Assembly: GCA_008632985.1 (NCBI GenBank)
Contig: QPGO01000124.1
Coordinates: 1 to 64,000, forward strand
DNA from: Psammoneis japonica
Taxonomy: Eukaryota
DNA: 64,000 nt
Direction: 5' to 3'
The position numbers were made by a program, and so were the translations under genes. The notes under the pieces were generated by a model, which ran no database searches, had not been told where the DNA came from, and saw only the letters and a list, made by a program, of their open reading frames with translations. Shown one piece after another: positions 32,595-44,770 of the stretch; the stretch's first letter is position 1, and every line of letters begins with the position of its first letter.

Positions 32595-32885
32595 TGCCGA
32601 GTATCGCGGTCATCTATATTCATTCGTATATTCATTCGTGGGTGTCAACCTGGTGTCAAAAGTGTCAAAAGGATGTCAACGATGACACTTTCTAGAAACC
32701 TCTTCTCCTTTCTCGATACATCTCGATGCCTCTCGAAAGATTGTTTCTTTATATTTCTACGCGGTTTCTTAGTATTAATTCTACGAGATTTCGGAGTAGC
32801 CGAATCTCTTTCATTTCTTCTCACAATATTAGCAACAGTCAACTTTACAACGCTACTTTATACTATTACTTGGCGCCACTTGGCA
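32595..32885 (+). repeat. 3' LTR
   Basis: TG...CA termini; direct repeat of 27992-28282. Confidence 0.95.
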
Positions 32886-33793
32886 AAGTGACGATGAGAC
32901 GCAAACAACGAATACAAGAGCAAAAGCAACAAGCAACGGCACGACTCAAAGATGTGCAGAAGGATCTTCGCTGAAGATTTTATGGATTCGTTGAAGAGAA
33001 GTTCTGGCCAGCTATGTTTATTATCATATATTCATGACTAAAGATTTAATTAAACGAACACATATCGTAGATTCTACGTGGGGTTAGTATGAGACGTAGC
33101 TTTGACACCAACACCCACGGCGGCGGCGGCGTTCTCGTCTTTTGCTTGGTCGCGAAAAGAAAAAAAGCACAATCAGCCCAATAAGATGTGTCTTACAGAG
33201 AAAGAATCAAAAGATCGCAAGCTGATCGCAATTGTCATCTATTGACTATTCGTTTACAGCTTTTGAAGACTTGAAACTCACTGGAAATTTCGAAAAAGCG
33301 CATGCCCAAGATCGCCCAAAGATCGATCGTCGGAGCAGCGGGGAATGAATCACACGCACCAAAACAACAACGGTGGCGTATGTGGCGTGTGTGGTGGCGT
33401 CCGCGTAGTATGATGATGGACCGACATGACAACTTCTGCGGCGCTGTGTTGACGACGGGGACGATCTGATTTTTAAAAAAGCAGCACACACCAAAAATAC
33501 AACACAACATGACTAATGACGAATGTGAGTCTTTCATCCAGCTTCTATGCCATGCACAAAGCATTGTAAGAATCATTCAATATATGTCAATTGGAGAATA
33601 AAAGCTCATAACGCCGATTACGGTGTAAGACACATGCACCCAGCTTATGTTACCCAGCTTTATGTGTCGTTGTTTTTATTGTACAGTACACAAAATGCCC
33701 AATTTAAAATAGCAAACAATAAGGCCGACTCCACATCGCAAAAACCAAGACGCCAGAATTTGAAAATGATCTGACTTTGGTCACTATTTTTTT

Positions 33794-34729
33794 TTAACAA
33801 TGCGATTCTACTTGTAGTGACTCGTCGTCGTCCAACACAGTTTCACCATCATTTTCATTCTCCGTGACTTCCACTTCAACAAAGCGCTTGCGAAGAATTG
33901 GAGACAGTAGAAGAATAAATGCAGCAACAGCGGCACAACTAATCGAAGCGACACGCATCCGCCGGAGTCTGGTATTAGAAGGGATATCCCAGCAAAAGGA
34001 GCAGCCTGCACTTTCGCCGACGCGAGCGGAACAAGTGTCACAATCTCCGTAGGCAATAATGCTCGGCCAATCCACATCATTCGAGGGGCCCACAAAAGGA
34101 TCGTAGGGAGTATAGTTGGCGGCTGGGTCATATATGCTCTCCGCAAGAGCCATCAAGTTTTTCAATGCTTTATCAACCTTGGCGTCAGGGCAGGACTCGT
34201 GAGAATCGCACGCCAAAGAACTGAAATAGATCAGTTCTGATGAAATCGTGTCGTTATTGCATATGACCGGCTCCTCGGTCTGGTCCATTCTTGGGCAAGC
34301 CCATTCATAACCCCAATCCACAGCAAAAATGGCATCATAATAGAGGTCATAGAAAGGCCCTGCTTTTTCGCTCCTGGTGTCCTCCAATCTCGTCTCGTAG
34401 CGAACCCCAGTCACGCGCATTTTCCCTTGATAGTCAATCACGTCCCGGGTTTTGAGGCGTCGTTCATAAGCCTTGGCAATGCTGCTGGCCACAATGAATA
34501 AGAAAAAGGAGAATAGAATGGTAAAATAGAAGACAGCAGTTCGTTTTGCGAGGCGAGATCGGATGTCTTGGCGGAGCCTGAGTTCTCTGTGCCGTTCACA
34601 CTTCCAGGAGCACACACACAGTGACGCAAAGAAGAGCACTAGCGAAGCAAGAAGTCCATAATGGGCAAGGGTGCTGGCGATTTCGGGGTCAATTTTTTCA
34701 TTGTGGCTTTCAAGAATGTTCTCGTCCAT
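33794..34729 (-). CDS. Hypothetical membrane protein (3 predicted TM helices, Cys-containing loop)
   Basis: Intact 311-aa ORF with three hydrophobic segments and normal composition. Confidence 0.7.
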   Translation of the reverse strand: MDENILESHNEKIDPEIASTLAHYGLLASLVLFFASLCVCSWKCERHRELRLRQDIRSRLAKRTAVFYFTILFSFFLFIVASSIAKAYERRLKTRDVIDYQGKMRVTGVRYETRLEDTRSEKAGPFYDLYYDAIFAVDWGYEWACPRMDQTEEPVICNNDTISSELIYFSSLACDSHESCPDAKVDKALKNLMALAESIYDPAANYTPYDPFVGPSNDVDWPSIIAYGDCDTCSARVGESAGCSFCWDIPSNTRLRRMRVASISCAAVAAFILLLSPILRKRFVEVEVTENENDGETVLDDDESLQVESHC

Positions 34730-35163
34730 GTGAGATTCTGTTTCAACAGAATTTGTGAGACGAGATCATCCTTCTTTTTTTGTCCAATCACGAGTCACCA
34801 GCAAACCACGATCCACGACCTGACCGCGCATGACCCGCGGTTTGCCGAAACTCGGCAACATTCAGGAAACATGACACCACACAACTCCAATCTTCACACT
34901 CGCCTCAAGCCAAATCTGTCCTTGCCACAAGGGCACGGATTCTTGGCCTTCAGAATTCCTCGTCCCATCCTGCTGTGCACACACCAGCAAGGCGCGGCGA
35001 GATCTCTCTCTCCAAGAGAGATGTGTTTTTCTCTTTTTTGAGCTTGCAAAAAGGCTTTTGGTGACAGAGCCAGGTGCACTGCACATGGCACAGCAGGAGA
35101 GGCTTGCAAGCTCAAGAGAACATCTGTGCAAACCAATTTCCATGAAAAAAATGGCTTTGACAG

Positions 35164-37898
35164 GAGCAGCCAGATGTCATGATTTTTGAGCCAACCCAGA
35201 GAGTTTTCAGCTCCCCCAAAAGGCAAAAGAGAGCATCAAAGTGCCACACAGAAATGATGTGTTCCAGCCATGCATGAACCAAATTGGGCACAAAAATGAC
35301 ATTTGTGTGGTTTTCCAGTGGGCTCTACTTGGACAAGCTTTTGCCACAGAAAGCACAGATTTGTCCAAGTGCTGGTGTTTTTCAACGCTGGCAAATCTTG
35401 CCGCATCAGTGTTGCAGCATCATTGTTTTTGTGCTGCCAATGCACTTCATTGCAACAAACAAATCACAATGCAGTGGATGATTTTTGTTCATGAAAAATG
35501 TCAAAAATTTGTGTGCACCAAGTGGTTGCATGTCAGCACTGGGGTGGTTGTTTGTGACATTCCTGGCAGGCAATCTGCCCACAAAAGCTTTGCCATGCCC
35601 AGTGCACTGTTGCACAATCAGTGCTGAGTCCACTGCAGAGGAGTTTGTGGCACATGTCCCATGAGGACTCTTGATTGAGTGGTGCCACAAAAAATGTTGC
35701 CCAGCTGTTCATGCTCCAGACACTGGCAAAAGCCCACATGATTCTTTGCACTTAAAATGGGTTGTTGTTTTGTGTGGCACCTGGGGCTGGAGAGCACATC
35801 AAACAACAAAAAGAAAATGGCAGATTCAGGGGAAAAATGACCCAAGAAATGACACAAAGCCGCTTGCGCCAAACTTGGAAATTGAGTCTGAGCATGCACC
35901 AGGAACAGGAAAGGAAAAAGAAAAAAGGAGGATCAGATGGCAAGCTTCAAGAAAAGAAGCTCAACAAAAAGGCTTGCCCCAGACTCTCGTCCCTCTGTGT
36001 GTGTTGTTCTGCGATGTCTGCAGCACCGGCTTTGGCTGGGTGCTTGTGTCATCATTGTGAGCTGGCTGTTGCATCTCAGAAAACAAAAGCTCTGTTGCAG
36101 CCAGAAAAGCAATGCAAAAAGATCATGTGTGCAACATGGCAGCCTGCTTGCAAGAAGTCCCCAGCCGGGCCACAGGCAGACCCAGGGCAAACATGTGCCT
36201 TGATGACGCTGTGCATGCCTGCTTCTCTGCTCCTTTCTTGGTGGCGATCATTGCTCAACAAATGTTGGCAAAGCTGCAAATCTGTCTGTTCCTTCTCTGC
36301 TCCTTTGTGGTGATCTTCAAATTTGCAACCACCAATCCATCTCTGATGCCAAGCACACAGGCCACATTGACATGGCAGATCCAGCGTCTCACCTGCCTCC
36401 ATCTGTCACATCCGTCCGTGCTGCCTTCGTGACTCGTGACTGATGTTTTTTGTTCTTTCCACCGAACTTCTTACGTCACACGTGCGTCATAGAGCCTTTG
36501 ACACGTGGGCAACCCGAAAAGTTGAACCGCTCTGCGAGCAGCCATGTCATGATTTTTAGCCAGCCCAGAGAGTTTTCAGCTCCCCCAAAAGGCAAAAGAG
36601 AGCATCAAAGTGCCACACAGAAATGATGTGTTCGAGCCATGCATGAACCAAATTGGGCACAAAAATGACATTTGTGTGGTTTTCCACGTGGGCTCTAACT
36701 TGTGGACAAGCTTTTGCCGCAGCAAGCACAGATTTGTCCAAGCGCTGGTGTTTTTCAATGCTGGCAAAACTTGCTGCATCAGTGTTGCAGCATCATTGTT
36801 TTTGTGCTGCCAATGCACTTCATTGCAACAAACAAATCACAATGCAGTGGATGATTTTTGTTCATGAAAAATGTCAAAAAATTGTGTGCACCACATGATT
36901 GCATGTCAGCACCAAAGTGGTTGATTGTGACATTCCTGGCAGGCACTCTGCCCACAAAAGCTTTGTCATGCCAACGCACGTTGCACAATCAGCACTGAGT
37001 CCACTGCAGAGGATTTGTGGCGCATGTCCCATGAGGGCTGATTGAGTGCCACAAAAAAAATGTTGCCCAACTGTTCGTGCTCCAGACACCAGCAAAAGCC
37101 CACACAATTTTTGCACTTGAAATGGGTTGTTGTTTTGTGTGGCACCTGGGGCTGGAGAGCACATCAAACAACAAAAAGAAAATGGCAGATTCAGGGGAAA
37201 AATGACCCAAGAAATGACACAAAGCCGCTTGCGCCAAACTTGGAAATTGAGTCTGAGCACGCACCAGGAACAGGAAAGGAAAAAGAAAAAAGGAGGATCA
37301 GATGGCAAGCTTCAAGAAAAGAAGCTCAACAAAAAGGCTTGCCCCAGACTCTCGTCCCTCTGTGTGTGTTGTTCTGCGATGTCTGCAGCACCGGCTTTGG
37401 CTGGGTGCTTGTGTCATCATTGTGAGCTGGCTGTTGCATCTCAGAAAACGAAGGCTCTGTTGCAGCCAGAAAAGCAATGCAAAAAGATCATGTGTGCAAT
37501 GTGGCAGCCTGCTCGCAAGAAGTCTCCAGCCGGGCCACAGGCAGACCCAGGGCAAACACGTGCCCTTGATGACGCTGCGCATGCCCGCTTCTCTGCTTCT
37601 TTCTTGGTGGTGGTGATCATTGCTCAACAAATGTTGGCAAAGCTGCAAATCTGTTTATTCCTTCTCTGCTCCTTTGTGGTGATCTTCAAATTTGCAACCA
37701 CAAATCTGTCTCTGATGCCAAGCACGCAGGCCACATTGACATGGCAGACCCAGCGTCTCACCTGCCTCCATCTGTCACATCCGTCCGTGCTGCCTTCGCG
37801 ACTCGTGACTGATGTTTTTTGTTCTTTCTACCGAACTTCTTACGTCACACGTGCGTCATAGAGCCTTTGACACGTGGGCAACCCGAAAAGTTGAACCG
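35164..37898 (+). repeat. Tandem duplication of a ~1.37 kb TpA/CpG-depleted unit (35164-36529 and 36536-37898); the depleted block starts near 34860
   Basis: Both copies start gagcagcca..tgtcatgattttt and end cacgtgggcaacccgaaaagttgaaccg. Near-identical spurious ORFs appear twice in the ORF track. Confidence 0.95.
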
Positions 37899-38180
37899 AA
37901 CGGCGAGGAGGCTCTTTTTCATTCACAACAACGTCAGGTCCATGGCCTTCAATAAACATGGCATCACTTTTTTGAATTGATTCTCCAATTGACACACCGT
38001 ATCCTATCCATCATCATTATCTCATTCAAGATTGATTGATATTGCTCTTGATCTAATTGATTTGATTGCTTATCATCACTTTAAAACTTGCTTCGGAAGA
38101 ACCTCCCCTGCAAACGGCCTCACTCCAACAATAAACTCCGATTGTCCGCGGCAAACAATAATATGAGACAGACCGATACA

Positions 38181-39841
38181 ATGTCTGCCGAAGTGAAGAA
38201 GAAACCGCAATCCAAACTTGGTAGAAGGGGAGGTAAGTAAAGACATATGTGATGGATATATAATAGGAAGTAGGAGAACTCTCATGTGGCTTTTACAGTC
38301 ATTTCTGGATACTTACCGAACTTGTGCTTTTCTCTAACATAGACCCCCGCATGCACCGTGCCGTGGCGGCTCGTCTTGCCAATCCCAATTTGTCCTTGAT
38401 TGAAGCACTCGAAATGGGTGGCTTTGAATTTGACTCCAACGGCGTGGAAGATGCCAATGTCAAGGACAAGGACGGTGTCACCATGGGACAACGCAAGAAT
38501 CAATTGAGTCGTCGCTTGCGTCTGGCCAAACAGAATTCCAACGAAGTTCCACAAGAAGGAGGAGTTTCTAGTACCAGGAGCAGCCGCCGTCAAAGTAGTA
38601 TATCTGTGGAAGCGCAAGAACAACTCCAAAAGATTATGCAACACAGTTCTCAGGCAATTGTTGGAACTGGAGGAGGAGCGCTGACGACGAGAAATTCTCT
38701 CAAGCGCAGCTTGGAAGAACAACAAGAAGAACCAGAAGACGCCAATCGCATGGCCAAGTTTCATCCCAACTATCATCCCATTTTGGTACCTCAACCCAAT
38801 GCGGCTACGGCTCTTGCCAATACTACCACGTCTGCTTCTGCTGCTGTTCTTGAGACATGGACTGGCACGACCTTGGCAACTCAGCCTCCGCCACTCCAAA
38901 AACAAAAGAGTAGTTCTTCGTCTACAACCAATTTGAATCTGCTGTCACACAGTGTCCCCCCGACGGTAGTCAACAATACCAATGCTCAACCGTCCGGTGT
39001 CGCGGTGGCATCGTTGCGTCACACGGCTTCCACGGTGGGCATGACGTTGGAACAACTCGCCATGACGCTTCACGCTACTCCCAATTTGTCAGCCATTCTC
39101 CAAAATCAAAACAAGGGCAACGAACCAGCCAAACAAGAGGTGGCTCTCAATTTGTACAGGTCAGAAATTGCTGCATTGTACAAACGATGCATGCACTTGG
39201 CAGGCTTTTCGACGGAACAAACCCAAGACGATCATGCCGCGTATACGGAATTTACCCAAAAGGCATGGCAAACCGAAGGACGGCGTTTGGAACAAGTCGG
39301 ATTGGCGGCACAACAACAGAATGCCGGTACTACTACTGCTGTATTGAAGAATGGTTCAAAATGTTCCAATGGCCGTCACGTTCATCGTCTCGAGGGCAAG
39401 TGTGGTCATAAAGCCATTATTCATCAACCCGACGATGGACCGGCTCATGTGGACTTTTTAGTCAATGGCAAGGTGGATGTTACATGGGTATCAAACCGGC
39501 CGGTAGTTCGTATTGGCGATCGTCCTTTCGATGCGAACATGTGCGTAACAAAAAACAAAAAATGTATATTGTTATTGTGGATAATGTTCTGACACTTTTT
39601 TTTTTCTAAACAATGCTCTCTACATATGATTATTCAGGACGATTGCGATGAGTCGGATATCACCGTCAACAAGGAACTCAACAAGGTAGATCCGAAACTG
39701 TTTGATTTGAATGATATTGATCTCGATGGAAAAGAATGGAGTTCGAGTTTATCCGATACAACCAGTCAAGGTCAGATTGACGAAACCTTGTTGGGACTCA
39801 TCAAATTGGGGGATAATCAATCGGCGGAAGATACGGATTGA
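38181..39841 (+). CDS. Hypothetical protein with basic N-terminal domain and His/Cys-rich C-terminal motif; intron 38233-38342 and probably a second at ~39541-39637
   Basis: MSAEVKKKPQSKLGRRG|DPRMHRAVAARLANPNLSL splices in frame at GT..AG. Also GQRKNQLSRRLR and HVHRLEGKCGHKAIIH...AHVDF. Probable frameshift near 39475. Confidence 0.7.
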
Positions 39842-39949
39842 ATACTGTGTGTGGGTAGGGGTTGGAGTGAAAATCTGTGTAGAGTTTATATATATATATA
39901 TTTGCATACTACTATACAAAAGCTTCTGTCTCTACATCGTAGTTTAGAG

Positions 39950-40511
39950 TCAAAACAATAATCTAAAAGGCTTCCCCGTCCTTGAGCTCTTCCACACTTG
40001 TAGTAGTAGTCTCTCCGTTTCCCCGTTTTCATGCTTGTCACCCGCAACTTGTACGTCATGTTCCTTGAGAAATTCCCTTGCCTTGATACTCCACTCTCCT
40101 CCTTCTGAAGAAAAATTCATTTCAACACATTCTTTCAAATCCTCGAGACTTTTTTCGAATCGAGCTTGACTATCGGGAATCATCATGTACGATTCATCGA
40201 GTACTTGTTGGAATCGTTTGATATCGTAGGGATCCTTGTTTTCATCTTCATAAGTTGGAGTTTGACTTCATTGTCCTTGACTTCTTGTTGATAATACAAG
40301 GCTTCCTTGGAGAGTCTGGAAATAGAGAGAAACGATTGTTGTGAGGTACTTTCCGCTGACGCGTTCAGCAAACAAAACAACAGCAACACAACGCGCCACA
40401 CAATGTAGTATCTAAATGACAACAAAAACACACAGCATACCTCTGACACGCCTTGGTCTTGATCATGAGCTGACGCTCGGGGTCTGCAGCTTTCGATGGA
40501 GGCGGCGCCAT
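39950..40511 (-). CDS. TBCA: Tubulin-folding cofactor A; intron 40316-40440, apparent indels in exon 2
   Basis: RQLMIKTKACQR|LSKEALYYQQEVKDNEVKL...MMIPDSQARFEKSLEDL matches the TBCA/Rbl2 pattern (LKIKT..VKRL.KE...Y..E...MMIPD). Confidence 0.85.
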
Positions 40512-40860
40512 GGTGACAATCTGCGTTTTTGAAAAAATGCGAGGAGCGAGGAGCGCTTGTCTGGGATTTATGTGCGCGATTTCGTGCGGTGTTTCAAAAT
40601 GCATACGAGTTTATTCGGACGTGTATATATGAATGCAATTCTCTTGTACTACTTCTACGTACGATGTTTGTAGTACTGGATCTTCACGTAGAGAACTCGT
40701 TGTTGTTTTCCCGCCGGAAGCAATCAACAAAGACACACATCAACCGTCATTTTGCACCTCCGCAACACCACCACCACCAACAAGGTCATTGATATTCCAT
40801 TTTACTATTCCACCATGACAAACAGCAGCACAGTATTGCGGACACCGTTTGGTAAACACA

Positions 40861-43201
40861 ATGCAACGTAGCACGACTACCACCGCCGCATCCAAACTCC
40901 GAAAAAGCAAAACGACAACTCCTCAGTTCCAAAAAGAAGACTCCACGCATTAGCAATCGTAGCAACGTTCGTACTACACGACGACGAGAAAAGACTCTTG
41001 ATGTTCATAACGATACCAAAACCAACGCTCTTCATCGTCATTATCGGTTGCATCCTCTAAATCGAAAAAGTCATTGGCGGTTGCTGCTACTACCTCTCGG
41101 TCTGTACGTTCCAACAATAGGAGCCGTAGCGATGGATCGTCATCAAAGCAGCAACATCCAAAACATACCAAGAATGTCGCCGTTTCCTATCTCCACAACC
41201 AAACGAAAAAGCAAGTGATGCGTCGTCATCCAGCGGACGACGACGACGATAATTTGGATTGTGATTCGGATGAGGAGAGTCTTGGTTTGAATTCGCCCAA
41301 GAACGAAGAATGGGTACTTGAACCACCATCATCCAAACAAACAACAAGAAAAAGAAATCCATTCCCTTGGTAGAAGATTTGGTCAAGGATGGAATTTGGA
41401 GCATGCCTATTCAAGACGACGTGGTGGATGACGCCAAGGTCATGTCAGCCATGCTGGGAAGTAGTTGTAGTGATCCCATGGTGGGAGCGACGCTTCAAGT
41501 TCCACCACACACAACCAACGAGTATCCTTCGGCCGATGAATCGGCAATTACCATTCGATCCTTCGAGCACCACTCTTCCAAGAATCATCCACACTCTCAA
41601 GTCTCGAGCAAGCGTCATCGTGACGAAAAGGATATTTCCAGCTCGAGTCGTCGTAATGATCAACAACGATCCTCCTCCAAGAGTCAGCGTCAAGACAAAC
41701 ACAAGGTCTCAACCACCAAGACGACTCATCAAGCTTCCTTCACCGCCCAGACAAAGGTCGAAACCAAGACTGAGACGAATAGTACGCCAACAACAACAAT
41801 ATACCCATAATACGAATCCGTGGGCATCTCATCCACCGCTTCCACCGGGTTGGGTGATTCGTGTCTCCAAGTCCAAGAATAAAATCTACTACGTGCATCC
41901 CGACTTTGGTTCGTCGTGGTATCCTCCCGTGGTTCTTCCCAAATTGACACAACAACAGGAACCAACCAAGAGCGACGAGCTCGACGAGCGCCAGGAAGAA
42001 GAAGAAGAAATCAAGCGTAAAGAAGAAGTATCCTCCAAGCAAGAGCGCCTCCAAGACGAGGAATCTGAGCAAAAAGCCGCACAAGAACAAGTGCCGCCAC
42101 CCGAGACGCAACCTCATGGAGGAAATGTATTACGACGCCGACAATGAGTCGGAGGAAACCACCTCACTGCACGAGAATCACGTAGTACCGTCCAAGAAGG
42201 ACGCCACTGTCTCCCCGGGAAAACTTGTCGTCGTTGTTGACCGCCATCGAGAAGAGCAAAACTACCAAGACCATGAGCAGGAGAACTATCACGGCCAAGA
42301 GGAGGCGAACTACCAGGACCAAGAGCAGGCTTTCTCAGATGACCAAGATGGTCACAACGACACCGAGCTCGAGGAGGCTACGGAAACGGAGATTGTCTCT
42401 ACTGCCATGATGGCGGGTAGGAAGCAACCATCGAACCGTGATTCTGTATGCATGGCGGAAGAGAAGGCCGACGAAAAAGCGCCTCAACAAGACGAGCAAT
42501 CTCCCGGTGTTGCCGAGGACACTCGAGGAGATGTTGGCATGGACGATGCTTCCTTTGACGACTTTGGCGGTAACAATGATGACTACCAAGACGACCGCCG
42601 TGATGAGTACGATAATCTTGATCACGAAGGCGAGCACAAGCTGCAAGACGAGAACTACTCGTCCCTTGAATCACCGCCCCGTCGTCGTACCAATCTATCA
42701 CCCACTGTGGATGCCAGCAGTAGCGTTGACACGACGGAAAGCGACCGGTTGGGTGCCAGCTGCAGACTCGAGTCGCCCCATGCTGCAAGTCATGATGATG
42801 ATATTATGGACAGTCACGACGACTTGACTGGAAATGTTTCCGACGATTCCTCCTCCCTCGAATACACGAGCCGTCAAGGCCGTCGACGCAGCTACGGAGT
42901 AGCATCAGCAGAAGTAGAACGCCGCCGTCCCAAGTACCGTTTGAGCCTTCGTGTCACCCAGCCACGTTGTCCGCTTTGTTCCTTGCAGCGCCTTGACGAA
43001 ATTATGCGCGCCAACGAAGAAGCGCTGTCCGCCAAGCGCAATAAGAAGAAGAAGCGAACCTCGGTCAAGAGGAAGAAACCGACGGTAGGAAGCAAAGTAC
43101 CAAGTCGGTCAGGAAGCGTCTCAAGTACTAGAGATGAGAGAGAGTCCAGACGTGACTATTGTGTCACGTATCAAGGCAGTTCGTCCCATGGTTCGATATA
43201 G
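40861..43201 (+). CDS. Low-complexity protein with a WW domain, broken by several apparent frameshifts
   Basis: PLPPGWVIRVSKSKNKIYYVHPDFGSSWYPP (~41835-41930) is a WW domain. Overlapping S/R/D/E-rich ORFs abut in different frames. Start uncertain. Confidence 0.6.
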
Positions 43202-43227
43202 CTGTGTTCCTACGTGTCCTTGGAAAC

Positions 43228-43556
43228 GTTCGAGCTGTCTGGTTGAAGGTCGAATCCTGTACTACATGGCAATCGCCTTGTCACGGATTTGCTTCAATCT
43301 GTTGTGTCTTGAAAAAGTTCGGGCTGTTTGATTGGACATGGAACCTTGTATGCGGCAATCGCTTTGCCACGGATGTGCTTCAATCTATTTGTCATTGAAA
43401 CAGTTTGGGCTGTTTGGTTGGAGAATGAATCTTGTATGTGGCAATCGCCTTGCCACAGGTTTGCTTCAATCTATTTTTTCCTGGATAGTCCGAGTTGTTT
43501 GGTTGAAGAATGAATCTTGTATGTGGTAATCGCCTTGCCATATATTTACGTCAATC
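43228..43556 (+). repeat. Four degenerate tandem repeats of 85-89 bp
   Basis: gt..g.gctgtttggttg.ag...gaatcttgtatg.ggcaatcgccttgccac.g.tt.gcttcaatct starts at 43228, 43317, 43403 and 43488. Confidence 0.9.
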
Positions 43557-43663
43557 GCTCGGTGAATGGAAAATGAAAGTAGAGGGCTGAATTCAAAAAT
43601 GGTAGTCATTCGAATTGTCTCTAGGATTTCATTCGACAAACTGTAGAGTGCTTGTTCTCATCT

Positions 43664-44296
43664 CTATTGATATCCCAAAATACTCTTTGCTTGCTCGGGA
43701 GTCAAATCCAGTCGCAGTGGCACGGCTACAAGAGGACTTGTCCCCGCTCGTGGTTTCTTGTTGGTGTCATCAATTTGATACAAGACGTATTCGAGTTGGT
43801 TGTATTTTTGCAAAATCTCCACAATGGCTTGCAAATGACACAAATAATCCAATTCCGTCTCGTGTCGAAACCGTCGAGTGCCCAATCGAAAGGGCAAAAC
43901 ATTCAAGTATACCTTTTGCAGTCCAAAGGCATCGACGCGTTGAAAGTCCAAATCATAGCAGTAGCCCCATTTTTCCAAAACGACATCTCTCAAGGCGTAT
44001 CCATCAAAATCATCCTGATTTATTTTTGAAGTTGTTTGCTTGTTTACTTGTTCTTGAAAGGCAGCAAGACTGAGAGAATCATCTTCATCATTGTTGCTGT
44101 CGTTCTCTTGTTCTCGCAACGACAAGTCGAGCAGTGTTTCATCTTTACTGGTTGCGTTGAGGATGCCTCCAAACAAGTCGTCCAAGAACGAGCCCCTCCA
44201 TGAAGTTGGTTTTTGAATTTCACGGACTACTGGTACAAATCCAAAGGAGCTTGTGACTAGCAATGCCAACCAAAAGATGGAAAGCAACATCATCAT
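43664..44296 (-). CDS. DUF3067 family protein, predicted plastid-targeted
   Basis: LRDVVLEKWGYCYDL...VYLNVL...ETELDYLCHLQAIVEIL resembles DUF3067. Signal peptide ending SSFG-FVP resembles the diatom ASAFAP cleavage motif. Confidence 0.8.
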   Translation of the reverse strand: MMMLLSIFWLALLVTSSFGFVPVVREIQKPTSWRGSFLDDLFGGILNATSKDETLLDLSLREQENDSNNDEDDSLSLAAFQEQVNKQTTSKINQDDFDGYALRDVVLEKWGYCYDLDFQRVDAFGLQKVYLNVLPFRLGTRRFRHETELDYLCHLQAIVEILQKYNQLEYVLYQIDDTNKKPRAGTSPLVAVPLRLDLTPEQAKSILGYQ

Positions 44297-44770
44297 GGTG
44301 TTTTCAATTAGAGGTAAATCAGCGACGACTCTTGACTCTAACAGCAAGGCAACTGCATACCGCACACTCAATTTTTCGAAAAATCGAGAATCTCAATCCG
44401 ACGGTAACGCACGGTCAGTCATTCCTCGCTTGTCCGTTGAGAAATGGGCGATAGTAGATATATTGCCCCGATTATGGCGGCAATTTGATAGCCTATACAA
44501 TTTTGAATAATAAATGTAACCGATTTTGTGACTCCGTTTTGCACGTACACTTCAGGTAGATTACGGTACGTAGCTAGTAGTAGTGACTGTACGTTGTCGT
44601 ACAGTACGACAGAATCTTTGACCATCGATATCATCAGATTTGTAGAAATGGATATGTGCTCCTCTCATCGCTCGATCCGTGACACAAAAAATGGCGGAGA
44701 AACACACAACGAAAAGACCATGATTATATAGCGTTGAGTAAGCACCAACAAAGTTTGAAGCAGCTACACC

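Larger units (their letters stand above)
27992..32885 (+). mobile_element. Full-length Ty3/Gypsy LTR retrotransposon, inactivated
   Basis: Two 291-bp LTRs bounded by TGCCGAGT...ACTTGGCA, gag-PR-RT-RH-IN domain order, and a polypurine tract before the 3' LTR. Confidence 0.96.

Noticed and set aside
39400..42200. Programmed frameshifting or pseudogenisation in TBCA, the WW protein and neighbours (also ~6600, ~46295, ~60790, ~63870)
   Set aside because: Scattered single-base indels in otherwise well-conserved genes are best explained as consensus errors in the assembly. This needs read-level confirmation.
43228..43556. CRISPR-like array
   Set aside because: The units are homologous along their whole length with no unique spacers, there are no cas genes, and the context is eukaryotic.
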